DNA of 62,416 nt, the filler included, from Aduncisulcus paluster (Eukaryota), in the NCBI GenBank assembly GCA_024181965.1. It is 3 parts of 3 records of this genome, joined end to end, with 100 filler letters (N's around TTAATTAATTAA, not from the genome) between each part and the next. Parts side by side here need not be neighbours in the genome. Positions count along the whole stretch, not along the records: positions 1 to 22,818 come from BQXS01010830.1; positions 22,919 to 51,876 come from BQXS01010831.1; 1 more part is not named here. The stretch is one strand, 5' to 3'. Below the pieces are notes generated by a model that had not been told where the DNA came from, made no database searches, and worked only from the letters and a program-made list of their open reading frames with translations. Of the stretch, positions 20,280 through 32,600 are shown in pieces; the first letter of the stretch is position 1, and each line of letters opens with the position of its first letter. Made by a program: the position numbers and the translations under genes.

Positions 20280-20921
20280 ATGGTTCACGAATTTAAAGTT
20301 GTTTTAGTCGGTGATGGTATGACTGGAAAGACGACCTTCGTCAAACGTCACGTTAGTGGAGAGTTTGAGAAGCGTTATTTAGCCACATTAGGAGTTGAAG
20401 TTAGAAACTTAAAGTTTTACACCAGTGCTGGTGAGATTCATTTTAATGTTTGGGATACTGCCGGTCAAGAGAAATACGGAGGACTTCGTGACGGTTATTA
20501 CATTGGTGCTAATGCTGGAATTATCTTCTTTGATGTCACATCTCGTCTTACATACATCAACATTGAAAATTGGTACCGTGATTTGTACCGTATCTGTGAA
20601 GACATCCCTATGGTTGTCGTAGGAAACAAAATTGATAGCAAAGACCGCCGTGTTCGTGCTGCTCAAGTTCGTATTCCCCACCAAAAGAACCTTCCATACT
20701 ACGAGATATCCGCTAAATCCAATTATCACATTGATCTCCCATTCTTGTGCATTGCCCAAAAATTACTCCGTGACAGCACCCTTCACTGGACCAAACAGCC
20801 CGATTACATCCCCGCCGATATCGTTGTTGATCACGGACACCTTCGTGCCCAACAGGAAGAGCTTGAAAAGCTCGGTCAATCCATGGCTCTCCCTGGAGGA
20901 GAAGAGGACGACTGGGCTTAA
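20280..20921 (+). CDS. RAN: GTP-binding nuclear protein Ran
   Basis: FKVVLVGDGMTGKTTFVKRH, YLATLGVEV, WDTAGQEKYGGLRDGYY, GNKID, EISAKSNY and acidic tail EEDDWA. Confidence 0.97.
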   Translation: MVHEFKVVLVGDGMTGKTTFVKRHVSGEFEKRYLATLGVEVRNLKFYTSAGEIHFNVWDTAGQEKYGGLRDGYYIGANAGIIFFDVTSRLTYINIENWYRDLYRICEDIPMVVVGNKIDSKDRRVRAAQVRIPHQKNLPYYEISAKSNYHIDLPFLCIAQKLLRDSTLHWTKQPDYIPADIVVDHGHLRAQQEELEKLGQSMALPGGEEDDWA

Positions 20922-21244
20922 TCATTCTGAAGCAAAAGTCAATCAAAGGAAATATGAAATATAACAATAGGTAATGTTTAAATAATAAAACAATTTTTTT
21001 TTTTGCTATGTCTGTTCGCTGGAATTATATTTATATGTGCTAGGAAAGGTTTGAGTCTATTCCCAATTTTATGTACGCCCTAAATGGGAAAATAAAGGCT
21101 TATTGTTTGTCTTTATTGGACGATTAAGGAGGTATATCATTTTCAGGCGATTTTAAACCCATTTCATAAATATAATTCCAAAAACCATAAGCAAATTCTC
21201 ATGTAAATCTTAAATATAACCCTCAAACGATTTTTACAATCTCT

Positions 21245-21301
21245 GGTCAGCAGTGACGAAATTGTCTCGTTCCGAGGTGGTTCGGATTGCGTGATTGATG
21301 T
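21245..21301 (+). ncRNA. Candidate short box C/D snoRNA (tentative)
   Basis: GC-richer island in AT-rich intergenic DNA. C-like GTGACGA (21253), D'-like CCGA preceded by GTCTCGTT (antisense to the conserved SSU rRNA GAACGAGAC segment), hairpin TCCGA-N6-TCGGA, and a non-canonical D box (TTGA). Confidence 0.25.
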
Positions 21302-21439
21302 ATAATATCTCTATTACACAGTAAAATAATTAATTCAATACCCGTATATTACAAAATAATAAGAATAAGATGTAATTGAAATTATAAGAATGAGAATGGG
21401 CTTTTTTTTCGAATACCTGTGTTAATTTCATATTAGGAA

Positions 21440-22818
21440 ATGAGTGAATCGGAATTATCCTTAAATTTGCTCGTTTCTAACAAAAGTAAGCAGGTTACTG
21501 TACAGAGAGATAAATGGATAGAAGGTGAAGAGCCTGACAAGCTTAGCGTGGCTCATGACCAGCCTCATTTGCAAGAATTCGAAAAGTTTTATTCAAATAA
21601 TTATCACGAAACACGCGTATCATATTCTTATTCATCATTTACCGGCCCTGAGATAATTTCTCGGATTTATAAGGCCTCTCAAGATCAACAACAAATAGAA
21701 TTACAATATACCGCCTCAAAAGCAGGCATTCAACAATTTCCCATCTCTTCATTTGGACATTCCTTTGAAATGTCAATGCGAAGACCTTTCACATCTATAG
21801 GCCAGGTTTCTCCTCGAGGTTCCTATGTGCTGCCAGAAAAATCAATATCTATGAAAAAATCCCGGGATAAACCCCAAAAACATAAACAAAATAACTTTGA
21901 ACATCAACCCCTTAGTTCGGTCTTTTCCGATGACATCATTCCTTCTCAGAATCTTGAAGTGGTTGATGTAACTCGAGCAAACATTCTTTCCTCATCGAGT
22001 CCCCTTGACGTTCATCCAGATAACTACGGACTTCTGGACATGCTTCCCCTTTCATCCTTATTCATTCCAATGTGGTTTGACAAGAAGAAATCTGTTGAAT
22101 TATTTTGCGATAGACCGAGGATCAGACAACAATTACGTCCGAGAAGAGCTGTCAGAATCGCTATATGTGTGGAAGATGTATTTTTAGGGCTATCATACTC
22201 CAAGGAGAGTTATTGTGACCAGAAAATAGCCAGCATGTATGGAAGTGCCACGGCCGCTGCTGTATCTGGTGGATCGTCGCCCTTTGACAATCTTTCTTCA
22301 GCCATTAATCCAATGTCAGAGTTCCACGAACCGCTTCTCCTCTCGTTATCTCTCTGGCGCAGTGATGGAGGTGGATGCAAGATATCTGAGACCTTCTGTG
22401 TGAAGATTGACGATAAGCTAACTCCCCCTTATCCAACTTGTGTGTTTTCTATCACTGAACCCACTGGGAAAGAAATGATTGTTCTTCGTGTTGGGAGAAT
22501 ATGTGATGGGGAGAACGAGAAAGCGGCTGAAGTGTACCACAAATACAGGAAAGAAGGAGAGTATGAATCATATAAACAAATGTGTGAGACCAGTAGCGTT
22601 GTTCGTGAAAGAATAGGGGAATACATATTCTCAGATTTTCTATTTTCGGCAAAGCCTCTCTTCTCCTTTGATTCTGGTTCCAAATCCTTCCTGCTCGTTG
22701 ACAACGGGACCAAAGAAGCCGTTCACCGTGGTGATGGCACTGAGAAGGATATCATGTGTCTCTTATGCCCCCTCTACAGAGGGAAAGGAATGCCTATCCA
22801 TGACACCACTATCTTGAA
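21440..22818 (+). CDS. DOCK-C/D (zizimin-related) Rho-GEF, N-terminal part, truncated at contig end
   Basis: EPLLLSLSLW...KISETFCVKID, CVFSITEPTGKEMIVLRVGRICDG, RIGEY..FLFSAKPLF and PLYR resemble the conserved pre-DHR1 region of DOCK6-11. The ORF runs into the spacer. Confidence 0.7.
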
Positions 22819-22918
22819 NNNNNNNNNNNNNNNNNNNNNNNNNNNNNNNNNNNNNNNNNNNNTTAATTAATTAANNNNNNNNNNNNNNNNNNNNNNNNNN
22901 NNNNNNNNNNNNNNNNNN
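22819..22918. other. Artificial contig-joining spacer (N44-TTAATTAATTAA-N44)
   Basis: Six-frame stop linker at 22863-22874 flanked by Ns; flanking sequences are not known to be adjacent in the genome. Confidence 0.97.
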
Positions 22919-23020
22919 GAGAAATTTATTATCTCGCACCCGGAATTAATATATCGAATTGCTGAGCAAGGTTCGAAATATAAAATTAAAAGAAAACCTG
23001 GTAGGAAAAGGAAAGGATAG
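22919..23020 (+). CDS. 3' fragment of an unknown gene (EKFIISHPELIYRIAEQGSKYKIKRKPGRKRKG*)
   Basis: Open frame from the contig start to TAG at 23018-23020, basic NLS-like tail, followed by AT-rich UTR-like sequence. Confidence 0.4.
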   Translation, partial: EKFIISHPELIYRIAEQGSKYKIKRKPGRKRKG

Positions 23021-23333
23021 TCTGATTAATGGGAAAAAAACAATCATCATAATACGAGAATTATAAAAAGAAAGAAGGTAGTGTTAGTATGATGGTATTA
23101 CAATGTTGTTTATTTATTATTGACAGAAACTATTATTATTATTTATTATTTTGAAGTTATCATCTTATTATATTAAAGGATTAAGAATGTTTTATTTTTT
23201 GGTTCCGGTTTGGTTTCAAATCCAAAAACTGGGAATTTATATTTTATTTCAAAATAGTAAATTTGCTCCAAGCATAAATTCTGTAGAACAGCTAACATAT
23301 TATTATTCAAAGAATAACCCATTGTTCAATAAT

Positions 23334-23598
23334 TTAACTTTTAGCATGATCCATCAGCCATTTCAAAACAAATTCAATGTTTTTCCCCTTCAATGCGGAA
23401 ATACAATAATATCCAATTGTTCTGTATTTGTTAATGCGTACAAGAGATTCGTGATCTGCAACTTCCTTTAATTTATCAACTGAATTAATTGAATCGGGAA
23501 GATCATTCTTATTGGCCATCTAATCCTACGATAACCAACTCAAGCTCTTTCTTGAAAATAACACTTAAATATGAATGGAATCTATTCAATAGTCTAGT
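23334..23598 (-). pseudogene. ARL8: Arl8-like small GTPase remnant with internal deletion from G1 to G4
   Basis: One frame reads TRLLNRFHSYLSVIFKKELELVIVGLDG then stop (Arl8 N-terminus up to the start of the P-loop). An overlapping shifted frame at ~23519 reads MANKNDLP...YYCISALKGKNIEFVLKWLMDHAKS* (G4, G5 and Arl8-like C-terminus). The middle of the GTPase domain is absent and the N-terminal frame has no usable ATG. Confidence 0.75.
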
Positions 23599-23664
23599 CT
23601 ATTGAGTCATTTCAAATTGTAGAATCATACTATTGGTCTCATACTAATTTCGTCGTATGATCGT

Positions 23665-26600
23665 CTATTTTGGGAATTCTTCCATTCCTGTTCTAAAAAT
23701 ATTTTCAAGAGATATTGCCAAAGAGTGAAGACGACGAGGAATAACATCATCCTTACCCTCATTTTCAGAAGCTAACCACCGAGTAAATGTTTCAATTTTT
23801 GGAGTAACAGCCCCAATACACGTTAATTTTGGATTCAATACAAATGCTTCACGATGCAACTTTGCATTTTCCAATCCCTGTGAAATCTCAGCAAAAGATA
23901 TCAATTTTCTAATTCCATCAGATCCAGTTGGTTTCTCTTTTTCTTCTTCTTCCTTTTCAATGACGAATTCTTCTTTATCGTGGATCTTCTTCCTCTTCTT
24001 CTTCTTGACCGTTGCATCTTCAAGTTGTTCAAATAATTTATCTTTAATCCCTGTTATAATCTTCACAGAATGTGTCAACTTCTCAATATTTGTATTCACA
24101 CGAATACTGGTGCTGAACTCACTCGTGAGAGAATATGACAAGGAGAAAGAAGGAAGAGGAGGGAATTTAAGCTGCTCAAGAGCTTCTCTCTGCTCTGCAA
24201 TGGGTAGAGATTTGATTGGAATAATCTGTGAATAGATCTTTTTGATGGATTGTGCATCTTCTTGAGGAGAATAGAGTGAGAAGGACTCAAATTGAGCTCT
24301 TGTGCGCGGAATTGGAGCGATTATAGTCTTTGAAGCACCAATAAACCGTTGAGAAAAAGTCGATTTCAAATCTTTGTATGGTGAAACATCTTTGGATTCC
24401 TCGATTTTCCGCCCTTTTTCTCCTGTTGAAAACTTCGGACATACTCGAAGCAAAGTTTTCCTTGCCTTTTGCCATAAAGCTTGGTTTTTTGCATTGTCCC
24501 GATCGTTAACATCGAGTAAATCAAAACTATTGAATGAAATTTCCATGTGTCTCATCGAAGTCAGAGAATCGCTGGAAATCATCTCCGAAGCGATTGATGC
24601 CGTGGAACTTTCTTTGCATGCAGCAAGCAAACATTCACGTTTGAGTTCTTTGTGGTGTTGAGCATCAAGTTCTTTGAGTTCCAACTTGATTTCTTTCTCA
24701 ATTTCAGCATGTTTTAACTCAAGCTGATGTTTTTCCTCTTCAGAAGCGAATAGTGCAGGTTTGGGAATGATTCCAAGGAACATACTTGATTTATGGCCCA
24801 ATGATTTCAACTCCCTTTCCTTCTTCCTCTTCTTCTCTTCCCACATTCGATTTAACTGCTCCTTCCGAGTCTGGCATCCTTTGTATGCAGCAAGAGAAGG
24901 ATTCAGGGGAGCTAATTCCACGCTTGAATGTTCAAAAAACGATGGAATTTCACTCCCAGATCTAAATATCTTTGTAGGATTGAACCAAAACGCCACAATG
25001 AGACGAGAAGCTTGGATTCTTAGCCAATCATGAGAGATTGTGTCATATATGTCAATGGCCAGTTTCTGAATGGCAATGGAATTGGATCCAGCAACACCCA
25101 AAATGTGTTGAATGACACTTTTTTCAAGGATTGAAGCAACAGTTTGATCAAGATTGCGATCTTTTCTCATCATATCCTCAAGAACAGAGAATATCTGCGC
25201 AGAGCTTAGGTTTGAGGGGAAAGAATCATCTGGCACTCCAGAATGACGTTCAATCAGCCTCCAAGCATTCCAAGGAACATTCTTAGCTTTCTTTTTAATA
25301 GGGGAATCTTTCATTTCTGTTGAATCATGAGCTTTGCGGGAATATCCGATCGATGTGGTTGAAACCATATCCTTTGCAAGTGCCTGAGCCCGACGATCAA
25401 TGACTTTTCTAACCCTTTCGTAATCACGTTTGAAAGCTTCAACACTCTTTTTCTGCAACTCCATGAAAAACTCAACAATTTTATCACCCATCATGAAATT
25501 CAGTTCATCCATGAAAAGACAGGACTTAAAGAACCTATCTTCTTTATCCTTGGCCCTTTCTGTCTTTCCAAGAGAAGCGTTCATATTTTTCATGAGAAAC
25601 TCAAGCTGTGGAGAAGATTGATGGAGCATGAGATTGAAGAAATCAATGGATGAATTGAGAACCCATGCCGAATAGGGATAAGCGGATTTGAGTGCTTGCA
25701 ACGAAAGATTACGAAGATCGGCAATGACAGAGTGAATACCGGATTCAGACGTTCGAATCGAGAGAGCACCAAGATTGAGAGAGGCGTATGACACATCAAA
25801 AGAAGAAAGAGAATGGATTGTGTTTGTATTATGATTAAGTTCACCCAAATCGTTATCTTCTTTTTCTTCATCGCTTCCATTGTTTTCTTTGTTCTTCTTT
25901 GCAAACCGATTTTCCTTCTCTTCATGTTCTATCGCTCGCATAAGTTGTTGTTCATAACATAGATCCTCAAACTTGGAATTTCCTTCATAATTGATCGAGG
26001 CAAAACACTCCGAATCATCTTCAGGATGCCCAAGACGAGCTGTTAGAGTATGTTTTTGATTGGCTTCAACATCAAGATCGAATCTTTCTTTATCAGTTGG
26101 TTTTTCTTTCAACAAATCTTCGAAATTGTAACTATTTGGTCCGAAAATGATGAAAGGTGAACCGATCCAAATTGTTTCATAGGTATCAGGAAGTTTGACT
26201 GATGCTGATATAGCTCCAAGATTAAACGTGACATGCCACAGACCCTTCATAATACTTGAAAGAGCAAGGAATTTATAAGGAGTCGAACGAGCCCTACCAC
26301 CTTGCGATGAAGCAAGACTCAAAGAAGATTCTTCCTCTTCCTCAATCAATCCAACACCAAGATCTTTCGTTTCCAGAGGTGTGGAAGGACTGGAATTAAC
26401 AGAACCTCTAATATTGGATTTCAACCGATTCCACTCACCAACCCACATTTCATAGAGGAACATCGCATCTCTAATTTTGGACAAATCAGTGTGAGTATAC
26501 AAAAATTCAATTCTAAGAATAGTTGAACTTGAGGTATATTGAGGAGATTTCCACATGCTTTGAGAAACTTTGTAAGGATTTTTGTCAAAGTCTTGGTCAC

Positions 26601-29600
26601 TTTCAGACCGATCTTTCTGATGGAATCCAGACGCTGCACTGATTATTCGATTGTTTCTCAACATAATATAGAACATTGGACTATCTGATTCAGTATTCTT
26701 AAGAACGATAAACATCTTACCTATCACGCATATGAGGGAAGCAATAGGCTTACCATCCTTCTTGCCACGAGAATAACTAATATTGAGCTCCTCACTTTCA
26801 AATGATAGACACACGCCCTCAGTCTCTGTTTCTCTTCTGAACCTGTCAACTCCAGACTGATCATCAGAAGAAATGGAGAGTTTCAGATCATTCAGTGAGA
26901 TTTGACCATTAATTTCGCATTCTCGATCATCGAGATCCCGAATATAGTATTCTTTCTGCTTCTTTAGTTCTTTCTTCTTCTTTTCACGATCAGGATCAAA
27001 CACATTCATTGTTTGAGCCAGAGTTCGTGTGCTATTCCTGAAATCATTATTGTTAGAAACAGATATTTTAGAACTGAAATCATCCAATGAGGTGGAAGAA
27101 CTCTCACGATTCCATGAAGAAATCCCAACAATCTCATCCAAAATATTAATATTATGCTCCCAGATATTGACTTCTTCAAAGCACTCCCGAATGAGATAAA
27201 TGACACGATCTTTAACAAGTACATGCCAATCTCCAATCTCAACAACATAATGAAGCTTCAGTTTCTTTGGAACACTATTGGCCATAAGACAAGCGTGGGC
27301 ATGGGTCTCAGCACTCCTATCAGGACACTGTTCACACACCTTATTATACACAGCTATTCGTCCTCTTCTGTCTCCCGACGTAGTCATAATAGCCTTGAAA
27401 TGAACACCGGGCATAACAATTCCTAAATAAGCTTGATCATTGAAGGCAAAGGAACCAGAACTATCAGGTTTGAAGAGGGGATATCCATAGAAATGAGACG
27501 GCGCAATAAATACTTGGATTGAAATGTCCATGATTGGAATAATTGGAGGAGTTTTACGGATAGAAGAAGGAGATGAAGTCCGTTCCACTGGGCTGAAGGG
27601 GCTTCCAAGGTTTTCCTGGTGCTGTTTCTCTTGTTTTTTATCCACACTTGCCTTCTCAGAAGTTGAATGATTGGCATTCCTTGTGATTCTCCCAATCTCC
27701 TCTTCCCAGGCTCTTTTAGTTGCCATCAATGGATGCATAATACTGGCACTAAAGTTTACAAGAATGTCAAATACCTCCATTTTAAAGAATACGCGATGTT
27801 TACGAGGTTCAAAAGGTGAAGGGAACATGGGAGCGAAAGGAGCTTCTTCAAGGCTTGAGGATGAGAAACTTGAAGAAATCGTTCGAGTGATGGCGGGAAT
27901 AATCTTTGATTTTGAGGGTTTATGTCTAATGCATGCCACGCTGGTTGAAGATGGAACGGATGAAAGGGTTACGCTTCTATCAGAATCGAATGCACGAAGA
28001 ATACGAGTCGAAGGAACCTTGGTCATTGAAGGATTCCGATCAATATCGGCAGAAGTGGAGGTGGAGGGTTTCTTGGGAACTCTTTGTAAACCCTCTCCTC
28101 TTTTTACCCTTGCATCATTGGCACCTACAGTCTGTGAAGGATGCGATGGATCATTGAATGCTTCGTTATTCCTATTTTCCCATCTCAACAACGCGGCTTT
28201 CATCTCTTCTTCCTCGGCACACAATGTAATCTCAATCTCTCCAATTTCTATCTTATCTTCTTGAATGTGGCTTGACTTATAAGCAGGTCCAAAAGCAGAG
28301 AAACTAAGCATGCTCTCTGGGTGCCAGACATTGCGACTCTTCACAGATGTAGGATGTCCATCAATATGTGCTTGGTTAAGGGGGAATTTGGCTGATATTA
28401 AATCCATGTTTTGCAGTGAGACTGAGAGAGAGAAGGACAAGAAAGCACTTGTCGGAGTAGAAGTCGGTTTCTTTTCATCAAGATATGGATCTACTTTCCC
28501 AGACACATTCCTGCACTTGGCTTGCAAGAAATGACCAACAAGCACAAGTTTCTCAAGAGATGCAACGAATCTAAATGGGGAATCGGTGAGAATAGAAGCA
28601 TTTATATTGTTCACAGTCACCCGATATTTGATTCTCATCAACATGATGGCATAACGATTCATCTTTCTCTTTCTTTTCTTTGCGAGTTTTTCTTTCTTCT
28701 GATAATCAAGCTTTGCCTGCAGTTTCTGAATCTTCATTCCAAATCTCCCTTCTTTCAAGTTATTGACCAGTTGATTGGCGGCAGAAGAGTATTCATTGAA
28801 CAATTCTTTAGAGTATAGCAACAAGGATTGAATACAACTAAGAGCACGCGGATGGATGGCACCTTTGATATCGAAAACCTCAGCGTTTATGGTAAAAGTC
28901 TCTTCTTCGGCTTTATCTTTGGGATCACACGCCATATTAGTCCCTGATTCATTCCTTTGGCTTGAAGAAGGTGAGCCAGAAGAAGAAACAGAGGAGAGGG
29001 ATGGAGAAGACGTGATAATCTGATCTTTCTTGATCTCAGAAGGAATTGAACTCTTTCGTTTAGGGAATGAATCGTTCATATTGATACTAAAACCAGCAAA
29101 TAATACACAACCAGGTCTGTCACTTGCTTCCCCATTGTGTCGAAGCACGAAACCAGGTAAATGAGTGAAATATTCATCACCCACTTGGAATATTTCAGCT
29201 CTGGCACCTGTTCTTACTGTTCTATTGAAGAAACTACCAGGTCCTGGCCCTTGTTGAGATGCCTGATCTGCCTCAAATTCGTTTTCTGGAATATCTTCAT
29301 GCATCAATGGAGATATACTGATGTCCTTGATGTTAAGTTTCCCATCAATCACGTGTTCTCCGTTAGAATTAGACTTGCTTGATGACTCTTGTAGTTTCTT
29401 AATATCTTCATCTGAACTACCCTCGCTCATCTCGTTGAGCTCCTCTGCATCCTTTGAGGCAGATATACTCGTGGGAATGGGTAAGAATACTCCAGTGGCA
29501 ACTCCTTCAATGGACATATCGAAGAAAGAGTCTTTCCAGACGATTCCTCTTTTGTTTGGAATATCCTCATATGAAAGAGATCCTTGTTCTTTGGGTCTTG

Positions 29601-32600
29601 GCATCGATCCATCGCTTGAAAGTGTTTGCTGACTTGTGGACCATTCTGGATGCGATGAAGGGAGACCAGGGGAGCCAGAGATGCGATATTTTCTTGACGG
29701 GGGAAGGATTATCGTAGACACAATCGATCCTGTACAGAAAATCAAATCTGCTTGGTCAGTACAAATCTCGAGTGAAAATCCTTTGAAATTAAGGTTAAAT
29801 TTAAGAGTATTCTTTCTTCTTCTCTTTCTCGTGCGTTTCTTATGTGTAATTTTTCTGTGAGTTTTCAAAGAATTTCTCTTGTTCTTAATGGATTTCAACG
29901 ATGGAGCCAACACAGTGGCAGAGCGAGGTGGAAGAGAACTCCTCCGTGCCTTAAATGTTGTCTCACGATCTTTTTTACGCACAACAAGAGCATGATCGCT
30001 CACTCCAAACCTCAGAGCAGGCTTTGGTGCAACGACATGCTGAGGTGGTTCTTGATCTTGGCTGTCTGCACTGTAGAAAGGTTCATCTATCTTAATTTCA
30101 GGAATTGACATGGAGGATGATCTGTGGATATCAGAACCATCGATAGGCATAGCATCAACTGTCGTGATTCTGTTTGTACACGAAGAAAATGAATCATCAT
30201 CATTTCCATTCGATTCTTCGGGAACAATGTCAGTACTTGGCGACTTTCCATTGGTTTCAACTTCTTCTTCTTCTTCTTCTTCACCATTTATCAACTCTTC
30301 CTCTTCTTCTTCCTCTTCTTCTTCCTCCTCTTCAGACAATCCAGTTTCATCAGCGACACCACTGGTTCCAGAATCTCTTTCTTCCTTTTGTTTTTCAGAT
30401 TTGATGGAACCTTTCTCTGCTTCTTCCTCTTCTTTCTCCTCCTCTTCCTCATTCTCAAGCGTGGCAGTAACAGCATCTGCAACGTACGACAAACCATTGA
30501 ATAATTGTTGGAGCACTCTGACAACACTGAACAAGGAATCTTGTTCAAGGACATTGTGTTTAGACTCGATTTCGAGTTTACATTCAATGGATTTTCCTAC
30601 ATCAGAAATGGANNNNNNNNNNNNNNNNNNNNCCTCCTCTTCCTCATTCTCAAGCGTGGCAGTAACAGCATCTGCAACGTACGACAAACCATTGAATAAT
30701 TGTTGGAGCACTCTGACAACACTGAACAAGGAATCTTGTTCAAGGACATTGTGTTTAGACTCGATTTCGAGTTTACATTCAATGGATTTTCCTACATCAG
30801 AAATGGAACGATTCTTCTTTTTAGCTTTGTTCAGAATCATGATCGTGAATACAAGACTCGGGAGATCAAATTTACCCTCATTTTCTTTTCCAATGAGGAG
30901 ATATGAGACAATATTGAACTGAATCCCACCTAATCTCGTTGCCAAGTAAGTTTCACCAGATAGAGTTGAAGCAGAAAGGAAGAAGTAAGGAATTGAGAAG
31001 GATACATTCCCTTGAGCCATGTTTATCTCGATAGACATCCCTTTTCTGACTCTGGCAGTGATATCGATGGCGTATGGGACATCTATCAAACTCATAGTGT
31101 CCATAATAAAATCATCAATCATGGGATTTGAACTAGATATAGTAACTCCAGTCGTGCTCGAAGGACCTGTTTGTGAAGAGAATCCACACGTCGTTGTCTC
31201 AGTTTCCTCAGTAATTTCAGATATATCCACATCATGAGGTGAAGCATGGGCAGAAAGGATCCTAGGAGATTGTTTCCCAATTCCATTATCCTTGAGAAGC
31301 TTCATCATTTTATCCATTTCTGACTTCCACACTTCCATAAAACTCAGAGCATCCTCGAAATGCACTTCCCGACTTCCGACATAACAATTCAAGCCTTTGA
31401 TATCAATGTGAACAGCAATTTTCTTGCCAGTCCCCTGAATCTGGCTGCGTTGACCAACTTGTTGAGCATACGAGACTTGTAAACATGTTGTTTCAAGGTT
31501 GACTTTTCCAACGGGATTCAAGAAAATTCCTTTTGATTCCTGTTCAAGTTGAGCACGTTTCTTAGCCGAAATAGAGTTGAGATATTCATAGTCCGCAGTC
31601 ACTCCAGATCTCTTGTTTTCCTGATATCTGTGTAAGGATGATCGTTTCGAGCGTTCAAGTTGCTTTATAGCTTCTCTTCTGACCTTGGACTGTGTGTTCT
31701 TCGAGAGGACAAACTCAAGCGCTGATTCAGATATGATAAATGAGAAGGCCATCACATCGATCGTGTATGGATTTAACGTGGGAATATCACCATCAGGTAG
31801 AAGATATTCTTCATCTTCATCCTCATCTTCCTCCACGTCATCCACAACGGGTGCGGCACTCAGAACTTTATCAAACACACGGGGAGTGTAAGAAGCCATG
31901 ATTCCCATCTTCCCAAGTGAATAAACAAGACTGCTATTGCTTGGACTCGAAGGACATTCTTCATGAAGAGTGATATTGGCTTCATTAACACACAAAGAGA
32001 TGGCAATCAGAGTTTCCGAGAAAGGAGCAGTTGATTCAGATTCAGCAATATTGTCATATGCAGAAGCTTGTGTTTGAATTGAAGGTTGACTGATCTGAGA
32101 TGGATTTGTGGGCTCAATAAATTCCTCAGAGGGCTGAATGATTCCAATTGTCGTGGAACTATCTTTTCTAAGCACTTTCATCACAGATGTAGTTCCAACA
32201 TGATTTGGCATACTTCTCTCCTTTTCTGTCGTTTCTTCAGGATCATGGTCATGTTTCACAATTCCCAAACTACTGTTATGTCTCCGATGCGTTATTTCTC
32301 TGGCAGGAACGAAACTGACACTCTCTTGCGAGTGACTCGTCATAGAGTTTAATCCATCACGAGTTGAGATATCTGCACTATGTTGTTGCATCGATAAAAG
32401 AGCCTTCTTTCTCTTTTGAATATCAGCACGACGATTGGCAAGTTGAACAAAACTTCCACACACTGCAGCAATTGTACATAATCCTTGGGGTTGGATAGAA
32501 GCCTTTAGTGATAATTCCACAGCTAAACTGATAGAATACCCACCATTAGGAAGAGATTCATGGGTCTTGAAACTGGCCTTNNNNNNNNNNNNNNNNNNNN

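Noticed and set aside
22863-22874. Palindromic TTAATTAATTAA (also at 51921-51932)
   Set aside because: Artificial six-frame-stop linker, not biological; synteny across it is meaningless.
30110-30922. 270-aa + strand ORF and apparent internal protein repeats in the giant gene
   Set aside because: Antisense shadow; the repeats are assembly duplications around N gaps.
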